This document shows, piece after piece, positions 20,671 to 29,858 of a stretch of 64,000 nt of DNA (positions are counted from its first letter, which is position 1; each line of letters starts with the position of its first letter). Below the pieces are notes generated by a model, which saw only the letters and a program-made list of their open reading frames with translations, was not told where the DNA came from and ran no database searches. The DNA is from Dehalococcoidia bacterium (GTDB lineage Bacteria; Chloroflexota; Dehalococcoidia; Lucifugimonadales; Lucifugimonadaceae). Both the position numbers and the translations under genes were made by a program. The stretch spans positions 587,686 through 651,685 of the forward strand of contig OZ241990.1 of the NCBI GenBank assembly GCA_965204425.1, read 5' to 3'.

Positions 20671-21623
20671 CGCTGAACCCGTCTGAACGAATCGACTGTT
20701 TCCCGTAATCCATCCTTGAAAGACGTGGTTGCCGCCCAGTTCAGATCCCGTTCAGCTGCGGACACATCCAGCCATATCTTGGAAATGTCACCCGCCCGCG
20801 GTGGCCCGTATACCGGAGATGCATCGCTAGGCACCAATTCGGTGAGAGATTTGTGGATCTCATTGACGGATACGCCGTAACCAGTTCCGATGTTGTACGG
20901 ACCAGAATTATCTGAATCTGTCAATGCGAAGACACCTTCGATGAAATCGGATATGAAGATGTAATCGCGTTCGTCATTGCCGTCGCCAAAGATTGTGACC
21001 TGTTTTCCGTCCAGCATTGCTTGTGAGAAGATGGCTATGACTCCAGCTTCCCCGTGAGGATTCTGACGGGGCCCGTAGATGTTTGCAGGGCGGACGATCC
21101 GATAATCAACGCCGTATAGATGTCCGTAGACGCGCAGGTAGTTCTCGACCGCGAGTTTGGACGCGCCGTAGGGAGACATTGGCGTTGCAACCATCGATTC
21201 GCTGGCTGGCAATGAGGCCGCGTCAAGATCGCCATATATAGCGCCGCCCGTCGAAAAGAACGTGAACCGGGGATTGCGCGAGAGTTGGCGTGCAGCTTCG
21301 AGAAGGTTGAGCGAACCTTGGACGTTGATTTTGACGTCGAGGATTGGCTCTTTGGCAGAAACTGCCACCGAGCCCTGCGCCGCGAGATGATAGATCGAAC
21401 TGGGTTCGATTTTGGCGACGATTTCATGCAAATGCGGGTCGCAGATATCCACTTCGATGAATTCGCATTTCGGGTTCAGAAAATCGACCGACGACGTAGA
21501 CAAGTCATCGACGACGTATGCATCTTGCCCACGTTCGATCAGTGAATCAACGAGGTGTGAACCCACAAAACCAGCGCCACCAGTTATCAATGCGGGTCCC
21601 GTGTTGTGGGGTTGGTTGGTCAA
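20667..21623 (-). CDS. NAD-dependent epimerase/dehydratase (extended SDR, GalE-like)
   Basis: 318 aa with TGGAGFVGSHL and the catalytic YGASK. Confidence 0.8.
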   Translation of the reverse strand: MTNQPHNTGPALITGGAGFVGSHLVDSLIERGQDAYVVDDLSTSSVDFLNPKCEFIEVDICDPHLHEIVAKIEPSSIYHLAAQGSVAVSAKEPILDVKINVQGSLNLLEAARQLSRNPRFTFFSTGGAIYGDLDAASLPASESMVATPMSPYGASKLAVENYLRVYGHLYGVDYRIVRPANIYGPRQNPHGEAGVIAIFSQAMLDGKQVTIFGDGNDERDYIFISDFIEGVFALTDSDNSGPYNIGTGYGVSVNEIHKSLTELVPSDASPVYGPPRAGDISKIWLDVSAAERDLNWAATTSFKDGLRETVDSFRRVQR

Positions 21624-21814
21624 GAGACGCGTCGACTCCTATTGAGGATGGTTGATAGTCAGAAAGACGAAATCGTCGGGGAATCGGTTTCAATCGTGTC
21701 AACTTCAATTATGCGACAGTGACCAGCGCGGACACTTCACCTCTTCGTGCGGGATTCCGCTGGGGGATAGAATTGGCAGGCGTTGACTCAAACTGAATTT
21801 CGGAGATCCGATAG

Positions 21815-22702
21815 ATGGCCGACATTAAATTGACCGCTTCCCGCCACTCGGCGTTTTACAGCCCATTGATTTCGATGGTCGCTGGCGGGTTCCTCGAAAA
21901 AGAAGGACTTTCAGGCACCTACGAGCCCGCGGATCCAAATCAAAACTCTGTCACAGAGGTTGCCGAGGGCAGGGCACACGTAGGACAGTCAGCGGTTTCC
22001 GGAAGTTGGAGCGCATTGGACGCGGGACAAAAACCTCCCGTCGCCCACTTCGCTCAGATCAACGCTCGAGACGGATTCATAGTGGCGGCACGCGAATCAG
22101 ACACCGATTTCAACTGGGAAAAGCTGCTCGAAGCGAAGTTCTTATATGTGCATGGCGGGCAGCCTGAGGCGATGCTTCGCTATGGGCTGTACCGCGTTGG
22201 GATCGATCTTTCGGATATTTCGGGAATCGAGTCCGGTGGAGGTGATGAGATGATGAGCCAATGGCGGAATGGAGATGGAGACTACTTCCACGAACAAGGA
22301 GCATTTCCACAGCAGCTTGAACACGAAGGCATCGGTCACATCGTTGGATCGATCGGGGAAATCGTAGGCCCGACCGCGTTTAGCAGCCTGATGGCCCGAT
22401 GGGATTACTTGGACTCCGACGAAATGAAGCGCATAACCGCGGCGTATCGAGCGTCCCGGAAGTGGGTAAACACCGCCGATCCCATGGAGGTTGCGAAGGC
22501 AGAGGAACCATTCTTCCCAGGCATCGCGGTTGAAGCCACCGCATCCGCCGTTGCGTATTACCAGCAGCTTGGCACATGGGACGGTGACATCGCGATTCCT
22601 CGCCATCTATACGATTCGGCACTAGACGTATTTGAACACTCAGGGATGGTAGGAAAACGGCATCCCTACGAAGACGTGGTGGTACCGCCGCCGGCACATT
22701 AA
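21815..22702 (+). CDS. NMT1/THI5-like (SsuA/TauA-fold) protein with no signal peptide
   Basis: 295 aa starting MADIKLTASRHSAFYSPLISMVAGGFLEKEGL. The call rests on fold-level resemblance only. Confidence 0.45.
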   Translation: MADIKLTASRHSAFYSPLISMVAGGFLEKEGLSGTYEPADPNQNSVTEVAEGRAHVGQSAVSGSWSALDAGQKPPVAHFAQINARDGFIVAARESDTDFNWEKLLEAKFLYVHGGQPEAMLRYGLYRVGIDLSDISGIESGGGDEMMSQWRNGDGDYFHEQGAFPQQLEHEGIGHIVGSIGEIVGPTAFSSLMARWDYLDSDEMKRITAAYRASRKWVNTADPMEVAKAEEPFFPGIAVEATASAVAYYQQLGTWDGDIAIPRHLYDSALDVFEHSGMVGKRHPYEDVVVPPPAH

Positions 22703-22771
22703 CAACGTATCGCCAGTAGGGAACACAAATCCTTGACTGGTAGCATTGAAATCAATCTGCAGAGATCACTC

Positions 22772-22847
22772 GGGCCCGTAGCTCAGGGGTTAGAGCAGTC
22801 GGCTCATAACCGATCGGTCGGGGGTTCGATTCCCTCCGGGCCCACCA
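22772..22847 (+). tRNA. tRNA-Met (anticodon CAT), elongator type; could be tRNA-Ile2 if lysidinylated
   Basis: Cloverleaf GGGCCCG/CGGGCCC acceptor stem, GCTC/GAGC D stem, anticodon loop CTCATAA, T loop TTCGATT, encoded CCA. The G1-C72 pair argues against an initiator tRNA. Confidence 0.9.
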
Positions 22848-22915
22848 CATCATTCCTGGTTTGGCAAGTTACAAATAAGTGTGGTCGACTCCTTGCCCCT
22901 AAGTTGGCAACGCGT

Positions 22916-23791
22916 TTAAGAGGTGAACGGCTCGCGCTGCATTTTCACAGATACGTCGAGGCTTGAAGGTTCACCTGCTATCAGGATGCCGCGGGTAGGC
23001 GAGACATCGTAGTAATCACGACCGACTGCGATGCGGACGTGTCTTTCGTCAGCGATGGTGGCATGAGTCGGGTCGAAGCCAAACCAACCTAGATCGGGCA
23101 GGAGACACTCAACCCATCCGTGCGTCGCACCATCAGGCGTAGTTGCGCCGTTCTCGTCAGCCACGTACATGTATCCGGACACGTAACGGGTCGGGATACC
23201 CCATGAACGAGCTATCGCGATCAGCACGTGTGCGTAGTCTTGGCAGACACCTTGCTTGGTTTGAAGGATGTGATCGATCGTCGACGATGCGTTAGTGGTA
23301 CCAGGGACGTAGCTGAAATTTCCGTGCAACGTGTCACAAAGCTGCAAAAGCGATTCCATCGGGTCGGATCCCGGAGCGACGCGTTGCTGAGCTATGAAGT
23401 CTTCGAGTGCAGGAGACTTTCTCGTCAACGCGCTTTCATGGGTGAAATCCCATTGCTCAAAAGAGTCACCCCATGACCTGATCTCGTCCCATGCGTCGGG
23501 GTTAAAGGTAGTGGACGAGCTAGTTGATGTGATGTTGTCGACTTCTGAGCGTGCCGTGATCTCCAACGAAGCGTGTTCGAAGTTAATTGTTATCACATGC
23601 TTGCTGTTGCCAAACGCGTCTGTCTCGGGACTGAGGAACACGCTTGGTTCAGTCTCAGCTTCGAAGCGACGAACATGCTGATCGAAATCGCTCCGTGGTT
23701 CGAGACAAATCCACATTGCTGAACGAGCGACCGTTTTGCTGTAACGGTACCGAGAGACATGCTCAATGAAGTAACGAACCATCTCAGCCAT
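22916..23791 (-). CDS. transglutaminase-family protein (Bact_transglu_N plus transglutaminase core)
   Basis: MAEMVRYFIEHVSRYRYS... Cys-His-Asp triad candidates are GVCQDYAH, THGWVE and GFDPTH. The ATG at 23791 lies 1 nt after the upstream stop. The track ORF start at 23869 lies inside the upstream gene. Confidence 0.85.
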   Translation of the reverse strand: MAEMVRYFIEHVSRYRYSKTVARSAMWICLEPRSDFDQHVRRFEAETEPSVFLSPETDAFGNSKHVITINFEHASLEITARSEVDNITSTSSSTTFNPDAWDEIRSWGDSFEQWDFTHESALTRKSPALEDFIAQQRVAPGSDPMESLLQLCDTLHGNFSYVPGTTNASSTIDHILQTKQGVCQDYAHVLIAIARSWGIPTRYVSGYMYVADENGATTPDGATHGWVECLLPDLGWFGFDPTHATIADERHVRIAVGRDYYDVSPTRGILIAGEPSSLDVSVKMQREPFTS

Positions 23792-23792
23792 G

Positions 23793-24764
23793 TCACGCCG
23801 ACCCTCGAGCTTCCTGAAAAGCATATTCGAAGTAGGTCTCCGAGAGCAGCACGTGCAGCTGCCGAGCATAGTTCAATACTTGGGTCATGACCTCCTCGCG
23901 GTCGTCGCGATCAGGCCAATCGTATCGAAGCAGGGCAGACATACGACCCGCTTGTCGACGCAACGCGTTTGTCGTGGTAGAAACTGGTCCGTCTTGGAGC
24001 GAGCGAAGTTCTTGTCCTGCTCGATCTACGGATCGAAGCAAAGACTCCGGTAATCGATGATTGGACACGAGCAAGTCCAAGGCAAGGTCGGGTTGGACTT
24101 CGATGCTGTAGGTTCGATCGTATGCACCGGAAGCGTGGAATACCCGGAGCAAGCTTCGCCAACTAGCCTCGGCAAGTTCGCCGGTTTGGTTTTCGAGTTT
24201 CTTCTGGGTCAGCAATAATGAGCAGCCAAACTGGATGCGTTCGATGAACTGGCCGATCCGATAGAAATGCCAACCTTCGTCGCGGTACATGGTTGCGGTT
24301 GCGACGCCATTGAAGCGATCAATGCCAGCGAGGAGTTCGGAGTAAAACGATGCCGGCGACGTCAACCAGATGTCGGTAAGTTTGATGTCGCGAATACGAA
24401 GGTATTCCGTGTTCAACGCCGTCCACATCTGCTCGCTGATGCAATGACGGATTTGCCTGGCATTTTCACGTCCGCGGTTGATGCAGCTGAGAATCGACTC
24501 GGTGTTGTTGAGTTCGAAGGTGAGTTCGTCAGTGAGGAGGAATGCATCAACAAGAGTGTAATCTTCGACGACGTCATCGCCTTGTATGCCTCCTAAGGGG
24601 AGGCGGTCGATGGCGGTGTAGATGCGTTGCCAACCAAACTCTATCTCGTGGATAGGGCGATCTACGAGCGCTTCTGATTGGATGTGCAGGAGCCGACACA
24701 TGAAACTCGCCCGTTCCATGTACCGGGCCATCCAGTAGATTCCGCTGGCGCTGCTGGAGAGCAT
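23793..24764 (-). CDS. alpha-E domain protein (DUF403-type)
   Basis: MLSSSASGIYWMARYMERASFMCRLL..., a typical alpha-E N-terminus. The ATG at 24764 lies 5 nt after the ATP-grasp stop. Confidence 0.8.
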   Translation of the reverse strand: MLSSSASGIYWMARYMERASFMCRLLHIQSEALVDRPIHEIEFGWQRIYTAIDRLPLGGIQGDDVVEDYTLVDAFLLTDELTFELNNTESILSCINRGRENARQIRHCISEQMWTALNTEYLRIRDIKLTDIWLTSPASFYSELLAGIDRFNGVATATMYRDEGWHFYRIGQFIERIQFGCSLLLTQKKLENQTGELAEASWRSLLRVFHASGAYDRTYSIEVQPDLALDLLVSNHRLPESLLRSVDRAGQELRSLQDGPVSTTTNALRRQAGRMSALLRYDWPDRDDREEVMTQVLNYARQLHVLLSETYFEYAFQEARGSA

Positions 24765-24769
24765 TTCGG

Positions 24770-26203
24770 TTAATCGTCGAGGATCCAGATGTCTTTGGCA
24801 CCGCCACCTTGGCTCGAGTTGACGACCAGGCTGCCGCGACGCAGGGCGATGCGACACAGTCCGCCAGGGACAATGCGCGTCTGGTCGCCGCGCAACACGA
24901 ATGGACGCAGGTCAACATGACGGGGTTCAAATCGATTTTCTATCAGGCAAGGTGCACGTGAAAGATCCAAGACAGGTTGAGAGATGTAGTTCTTGGGATC
25001 TTCCCGTATCTGCTGAGCGAATTCGTCGCGCTCCTCAGCCGTCGAGTGCGGACCAATTAACATGCCGTATCCGCCAGACCCACCTACCTGTTTGACGACA
25101 AGGTCTTGGAGGTTATCGAGGGTGTACTCAAGGCCTTCAGGCTGGCGGCAAAGGTTGGTTTCGACGTTTTTGAGTATCGGCTCTTCATTCAGGTAGTAGC
25201 GGATCATGTCAGGAACGAAAGCGTAGACGCTCTTGTCGTCAGCAACGCCGGTACCTGGTGCATTTGCGAGAGTCACGTTGCCGAGCCGGTAGGCGTGCAT
25301 CAGGCCCGGTACGCCTAGATAGGAATCCGGTCTGAACACCAATGGATCGATGAAGTCGTCGTCAACTCGACGATAGATCACGTCAACGCGTCGCAGTCCC
25401 TCTGTTGTGCGCATGTAGACGAAGCCGTCGTTGACGATGAGGTCACGACCTTCGACCAATTCGGCACCGATTTCACCGGCAAGGAACATGTGCTCGTAGA
25501 AGGCTGAGTTGAATACACCGGGAGTTAGCAGCGCAATAGCCGGATCGGTAACGCCAGGCGGCGCGACCTCACGGAGTGTTTGAAGCAGAAGTTTGCCGTA
25601 GTGCTCGACATCTAACACGTTTGATCGTCGATAAGCGTTGCGCAGATTGGCTTTGACTGCTTTGCGTGTAGCGATCATGTACGACACACCAGACGGTACT
25701 CTGAGGTTGTCCTCGAGAACTCTGAAGCCGTCGTTCGTACGCACCAGATCAGTCCCGCAAACTGAGACCCAAGCACCGTGCGGTGCCGAAAGGCCTCGCA
25801 TTTCGATGCGGTATTGTGGGCAATCACGGATTACGTCGGTCGGGATTACACCATCAGCTACGATGCGCGCCTCGTTGTAAACATCTTCCAAAAAAAGGTT
25901 GAGGGCGCGCAACCGCTGGTCGAGCCCCGATTCGATTTGACGCCATTCGGCGTTGGCCATGAGGCGCGGGACACAGTCGATGGGAATTATCCGCTCACCA
26001 GCATCCTCGTCCCCGTAAACGATGAACGTGATCCCTTCGTTGTAGAACGAGCGCGTGACACGTTCTTGCATCGTGCTGATTTCTAGCTCGGTCAGATCCG
26101 TTAGAGTGGAAACCAACTCACCGCAATGCGAACGCGGATTCCCGTCCGTGTCGAACATCTCGTCGTAGAACGAGGGATGTATGTCGTATTTGTCGAAATC
26201 CAA
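24770..26203 (-). CDS. circularly permuted type-2 ATP-grasp protein (DUF404/DUF407-type)
   Basis: 477 aa. ...ERVTRSFYNEGITFIVYGDEDAGERIIPIDCVPRL...VVKQVGGSGGYGMLIGP... Confidence 0.85.
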   Translation of the reverse strand: MDFDKYDIHPSFYDEMFDTDGNPRSHCGELVSTLTDLTELEISTMQERVTRSFYNEGITFIVYGDEDAGERIIPIDCVPRLMANAEWRQIESGLDQRLRALNLFLEDVYNEARIVADGVIPTDVIRDCPQYRIEMRGLSAPHGAWVSVCGTDLVRTNDGFRVLEDNLRVPSGVSYMIATRKAVKANLRNAYRRSNVLDVEHYGKLLLQTLREVAPPGVTDPAIALLTPGVFNSAFYEHMFLAGEIGAELVEGRDLIVNDGFVYMRTTEGLRRVDVIYRRVDDDFIDPLVFRPDSYLGVPGLMHAYRLGNVTLANAPGTGVADDKSVYAFVPDMIRYYLNEEPILKNVETNLCRQPEGLEYTLDNLQDLVVKQVGGSGGYGMLIGPHSTAEERDEFAQQIREDPKNYISQPVLDLSRAPCLIENRFEPRHVDLRPFVLRGDQTRIVPGGLCRIALRRGSLVVNSSQGGGAKDIWILDD

Positions 26204-26284
26204 GTTGTCGCTTGGCAGATCTGAATCGTTATTTCGGCGATACAGTTGATATGCCGCCTAAATAGGATACCAACCCGACTACGC

Positions 26285-27217
26285 TTAATCGGACCAAGCT
26301 TCGTTCAACTGCTCCGGCGGTAATTTCTGCCAAGCAATCCCGATCGCTCCCTGCCCCGCGTATAACCCGATGAACGGATGGAAATCGGAAATATCCATCA
26401 GCTGGCAATCGCACGCATCACGGATCTGATTAGCGATACTTCGCGCCCGATCCGGCGCATCAACGTGCAGAACGACGAAACGAGCTTGGGAATCACCTAA
26501 ATCATCGGCGATGTTTCGGAGCATTCGACGAATTGCGATACGCATCGAAATCGGTTTGGAAATCAACCGGAACTCGTCTATGTCAAACGTCACGATCGGT
26601 TTGATATTGAGTGTGCTCGCAATTCGTATCGCGCTCCGGGGGGCATTGGCGATGTGATGCATTCGGTTGAGTGTGTCTAACGCCGCTATAGTCCTCAATT
26701 CCGATTTAGCTTGCCGAATTTGAGCAACCACGCCGTCAGCGTCAAGGCCGACGTCCGTCGCGCGGGTCGCGTCCATAACTAGCATTTTCAAAGCGCCGGA
26801 AATCGTGCCCGAGTCGACCACGCGAATGTCGACGTCGATCCTTTCGTTGCGAGCAGTTTCGGCAGCTACCCGCGCGGAATCGTACGAGGCACTAAGCCCA
26901 GCTGCGACCGGGATACAGATTACTGATTCGGCGTGTTGCGAGGCTTGTCGGATAGTTTCTAGCCATTCTTCAGGAAGAGGGGCAGACACCCAAGCCCGTT
27001 TCTCAGGCTCGTTGGCGATGCTTGCGTAGAGTTCGGAGTAGTTCAGATCCGCACTGTCGGTAAAGGATTCGTCGCCGATTTTGATGCGCATCTGTGCGAC
27101 AGGGATGTTGTGCGTGGTGATGAATTCGCGAGTTAGGAGTGCACAAGAGTCGGCAGCGATCGCAACTCGACGCGACGATCCGATCATCGGCATCGTATCG
27201 TCCGAGCGCTGAGCCAT
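26285..27217 (-). CDS. DegV-family fatty-acid-binding protein
   Basis: VAIAADSCALLTREFITTHNIPVAQMRIKIGDESFTD. The start was moved to the ATG at 27217 because the track start at 27268 overlaps tRNA-Arg. Confidence 0.8.
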   Translation of the reverse strand: MAQRSDDTMPMIGSSRRVAIAADSCALLTREFITTHNIPVAQMRIKIGDESFTDSADLNYSELYASIANEPEKRAWVSAPLPEEWLETIRQASQHAESVICIPVAAGLSASYDSARVAAETARNERIDVDIRVVDSGTISGALKMLVMDATRATDVGLDADGVVAQIRQAKSELRTIAALDTLNRMHHIANAPRSAIRIASTLNIKPIVTFDIDEFRLISKPISMRIAIRRMLRNIADDLGDSQARFVVLHVDAPDRARSIANQIRDACDCQLMDISDFHPFIGLYAGQGAIGIAWQKLPPEQLNEAWSD

Positions 27218-27238
27218 TGGTCGATCAGTGAGTGCAGG

Positions 27239-27314
27239 TGGCACCCCCGGCGCGATTCGAACGCGCAACCTAAAGATTAGAAGTCTTTCGCTCTGTCCGT
27301 TGAGCTACGGGGGC
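27239..27314 (-). tRNA. tRNA-Arg (anticodon TCT)
   Basis: GCCCCCGTAGCTCAACGGACAGAGCGAAAGACTTCTAATCTTTAGGTTGCGCGTTCGAATCGCGCCGGGGGTGCCA. Full cloverleaf with encoded CCA. Confidence 0.95.
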
Positions 27315-27359
27315 GCAGTGACGGATGATTCAGATTCTATCCCGACGCGATGGCTAGGA

Positions 27360-27710
27360 CTAATTTTCTCTCAGCATGCGCTCGACGAAAAGCTTGACTA
27401 AAGGTCGGTCAGCATCGCGTTCCCAGTCTTCCATAGAGTCGTGGTAAAAATGGCGGTGGAATTTCTCCGCGATCGCAAAGCTCGCTTCCAGCAACTGATC
27501 TTCGCGCTCATTGGCGATTCTAATGACCACATTTTTCAAGGCGCGATGACTGTTATGTGCCCAACCTCGTTCCATCGCTACTGCTATCACGGCGTGAGCG
27601 GCTGCGCCCCAAAGCTTTTCAGCACCTTGGAGAACATCTCCTACTAAGAACTCTTGGTCGGAGATTTCGAGGAATTCGCGGGCTGTTTGGGCGTGTTCGG
27701 TTGTTAGCAT
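27360..27710 (-). CDS. small all-helical protein, PaREP1/HEPN-like (paralogue of 59967-60320)
   Basis: 116 aa. GDVLQGAEKLWGAAAHAVIAVAMERGWAHNSHRAL...KFHRHFYHD. It shares the EKLWGAAA...RG..HNS...H..FY pattern with the second copy. The family assignment is from memory of the motif and was not searched. Confidence 0.5.
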   Translation of the reverse strand: MLTTEHAQTAREFLEISDQEFLVGDVLQGAEKLWGAAAHAVIAVAMERGWAHNSHRALKNVVIRIANEREDQLLEASFAIAEKFHRHFYHDSMEDWERDADRPLVKLFVERMLREN

Positions 27711-27747
27711 GGTCTGATCTAAAGTGTTCTAAGAACTCAATTCATCA

Positions 27748-27759
27748 ATACAATTGTAT
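27748..27759. promoter_or_regulatory. perfect 12-bp palindrome ATACAATTGTAT upstream of the PaREP1-like gene
   Basis: Lies in the 85-bp AT-rich gap 27711-27795. A second palindrome, GTTCT-A-AGAAC, sits at 27725-27735. Confidence 0.25.
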
Positions 27760-27795
27760 CATATTATGCGTCGTAATGGTACGCGGACATCCAAT

Positions 27796-28860
27796 TCAGT
27801 CCAGCGGTTCCGCGAACGTGAGCATTCGAGTCGGGTTGTCGATGAGCATGGTGTCGATGTCGGCTTGGGATGTGCCGCGGGCTCGCATTCGCGGAACGAC
27901 CCTAGCGATGATGTGGTCCCAACCGTGCCCGCCGTATTTCTTTATGCGATGCTTCGAGCAGATGTCGTGAGCATGAAGTAGCTGTTTGACGTGGCCTTTG
28001 GCGATCAAATGCTCGACTTGCTCAAGACGGTGCTGGTCGGACGCCATGTACGTTTGCGGGTTCATTGGATAGAAGGTAGATTCGTGGCCCCAGAGGTCGT
28101 AGTTCATGTACGCGCCGGTAGCAGCAACTTCTTCCAGCACACCATAGTCGAAGATGGTGCGTTCAATGTGTCCCATCACAGTTCGGGATAGGTCACCGCC
28201 CCAACGATCAACGGCTTCCAGCAGCTGGATCGGGGCATAGTTGTCTCGGCCCGGATGGATGAGCAGGGGAGCGCCAGTTGCACGTTGCGCTTGGACGGCA
28301 GCTTCAAGGGTTTTCTTCTCAGTCTCTTCCCAAGGCCACGAGTTACCGATTTCTCCGATGATGCCAGTTTTGATGTCAGTGCCGTCGACACCGACTTGAA
28401 CGTCGTTGATGATGAGTTCGGCCAGGTCATCCACGGACGCGTTCTGGATGTCTTCGCCGTGTGTGAGGTAAACGTAATGACCACCACCCATCACCACGTT
28501 TAGGCCAGTGGCTCGCGAGATGCGCAACAACGCCGCGGGATCTCGGCCGATGCCAACCGACGTAACATCTACGATCGTGGAACCGCCAGCGTTGTAAAAC
28601 TCGCTCGCCTCGTCAACAGCGACGTCGACGTCGAGCAACCGGAGATTGTCGATGTTGCTATTCCAGTAGTGCCGAACCCACCAAAGGTTTTCCATCGTCA
28701 CCGGATCGTTCATCCGCTTCAGGTTGCTTGCACCGGGTAGTTGCTGAAGGACTGGGATGAAGTCGATCAGAAGATGTTCGTGCGTGATCGTTGCACCAAC
28801 ATCACTTGGATCGATGAGGCCTTGGACGGTCTGGACTTTTCCAGCTATGGATTTCGCCAT
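27796..28860 (-). CDS. phosphotriesterase-homology (Php-like) amidohydrolase-fold hydrolase, possible lactonase
   Basis: MAKSIAGKV...GATITHEHLLIDF (HxH metal site). GIIGEIG has Glu at the bridging position, as in Php. The ATG at 28860 is preceded by GAGGAAGG. Confidence 0.8.
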   Translation of the reverse strand: MAKSIAGKVQTVQGLIDPSDVGATITHEHLLIDFIPVLQQLPGASNLKRMNDPVTMENLWWVRHYWNSNIDNLRLLDVDVAVDEASEFYNAGGSTIVDVTSVGIGRDPAALLRISRATGLNVVMGGGHYVYLTHGEDIQNASVDDLAELIINDVQVGVDGTDIKTGIIGEIGNSWPWEETEKKTLEAAVQAQRATGAPLLIHPGRDNYAPIQLLEAVDRWGGDLSRTVMGHIERTIFDYGVLEEVAATGAYMNYDLWGHESTFYPMNPQTYMASDQHRLEQVEHLIAKGHVKQLLHAHDICSKHRIKKYGGHGWDHIIARVVPRMRARGTSQADIDTMLIDNPTRMLTFAEPLD

Positions 28861-28916
28861 TTTGATGCCTTCCTCTCGGATCGGTTCGATGCGCGTTGGA
28901 TGCGTGGCGCGACGGT

Positions 28917-29777
28917 TCAGAGATCTCGCCATGAATGTTGCTGCTCCCAACCGAGAATTCGCTTGGCTTTGGCGGGGCTGATAGCCGAGGCGTAACCGGG
29001 CAGGGAAGTGCGAATCTCGGCTTCAGGATATGCCATCGCGATCGCCTCTTCGGTCGGCACGTCCAAGAAGGTGTCGGTCGCGTTGATGAAGAACGCTTCG
29101 TGACCATCCCACTCCTTCTCAATCGCTATCCGGCAAGCAGCAGCGGACTCTTCGATGTCGGAATAGCCCCAGAAGTCCATTGCGTTTCGTCGCATTGGGT
29201 TGGTCCTGCTTGGGTCCTTGGCATTCTTGCGCCCAAGCTGCTCCTCCTTCGATCCCAGCCAGTGGAAACGCATAGACGCTATCTGCATCTTGCCAGGATT
29301 GCGGCGGATAAAGGTGTCAGCCATGATTTCGCCGTACCACTTCGACATCGCGTAGGAATCTTGGCAAAGTGTGTCTTGCTCCTCATCAAGTGGGAAATAA
29401 GGGCGAGGCACGCGATGTCTCGAGAAAGCGGCCCCGATTGCGTTGATGCTGGACGCCATCACAACGTTGTAGACGCCGTGTTTCTCCGCCGCTTCCAATA
29501 CAGCCCAATTCGACATCGTGTTGACCCGCAGAACTTCCCACTCGGACGCGATAAGGGGGTTGGGGATGGCGGCCATGTGGATGACCTTCTCGCAACCTTC
29601 CATTACCCGAAGAGCTTCGTCTGGATCGGTAACATCGGCGGCGATGAACTCGAAACCATCATCTGACTTCGGAGGCTTTCGATCAGTGCTGACGACTTCG
29701 TATCCGTTGGCGAGCAGGTCGCGAACAATGACTTGGCCCATCTTGCCTGAGCCGCCAGTTACCAAGACTTTGGTCAT
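28917..29777 (-). CDS. NAD-dependent epimerase/dehydratase-family SDR
   Basis: 286 aa with VLVTGGSGKMGQ and YAMSK. Confidence 0.75.
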   Translation of the reverse strand: MTKVLVTGGSGKMGQVIVRDLLANGYEVVSTDRKPPKSDDGFEFIAADVTDPDEALRVMEGCEKVIHMAAIPNPLIASEWEVLRVNTMSNWAVLEAAEKHGVYNVVMASSINAIGAAFSRHRVPRPYFPLDEEQDTLCQDSYAMSKWYGEIMADTFIRRNPGKMQIASMRFHWLGSKEEQLGRKNAKDPSRTNPMRRNAMDFWGYSDIEESAAACRIAIEKEWDGHEAFFINATDTFLDVPTEEAIAMAYPEAEIRTSLPGYASAISPAKAKRILGWEQQHSWRDL

Positions 29778-29858
29778 TTAGATATCCTTTTGGTTCGTCG
29801 CAAATCGCGCTGAAATCCAGCACTGAAAGGCGAAGAAACTGATCGCGGTTTTAGCGAG

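Noticed and set aside
21624-21814. TPP riboswitch upstream of the NMT1/THI5-like gene
   Set aside because: The conserved CUGAGA and ACCUGAUCUGGAUAAUGCCAGCG-type elements are not present.
27218-27268. Longer DegV start (ATG 27268) given by the ORF track
   Set aside because: The extra 17 codons overlap the tRNA-Arg gene (27239-27314). An internal ATG at 27217 gives a normal DegV N-terminus.
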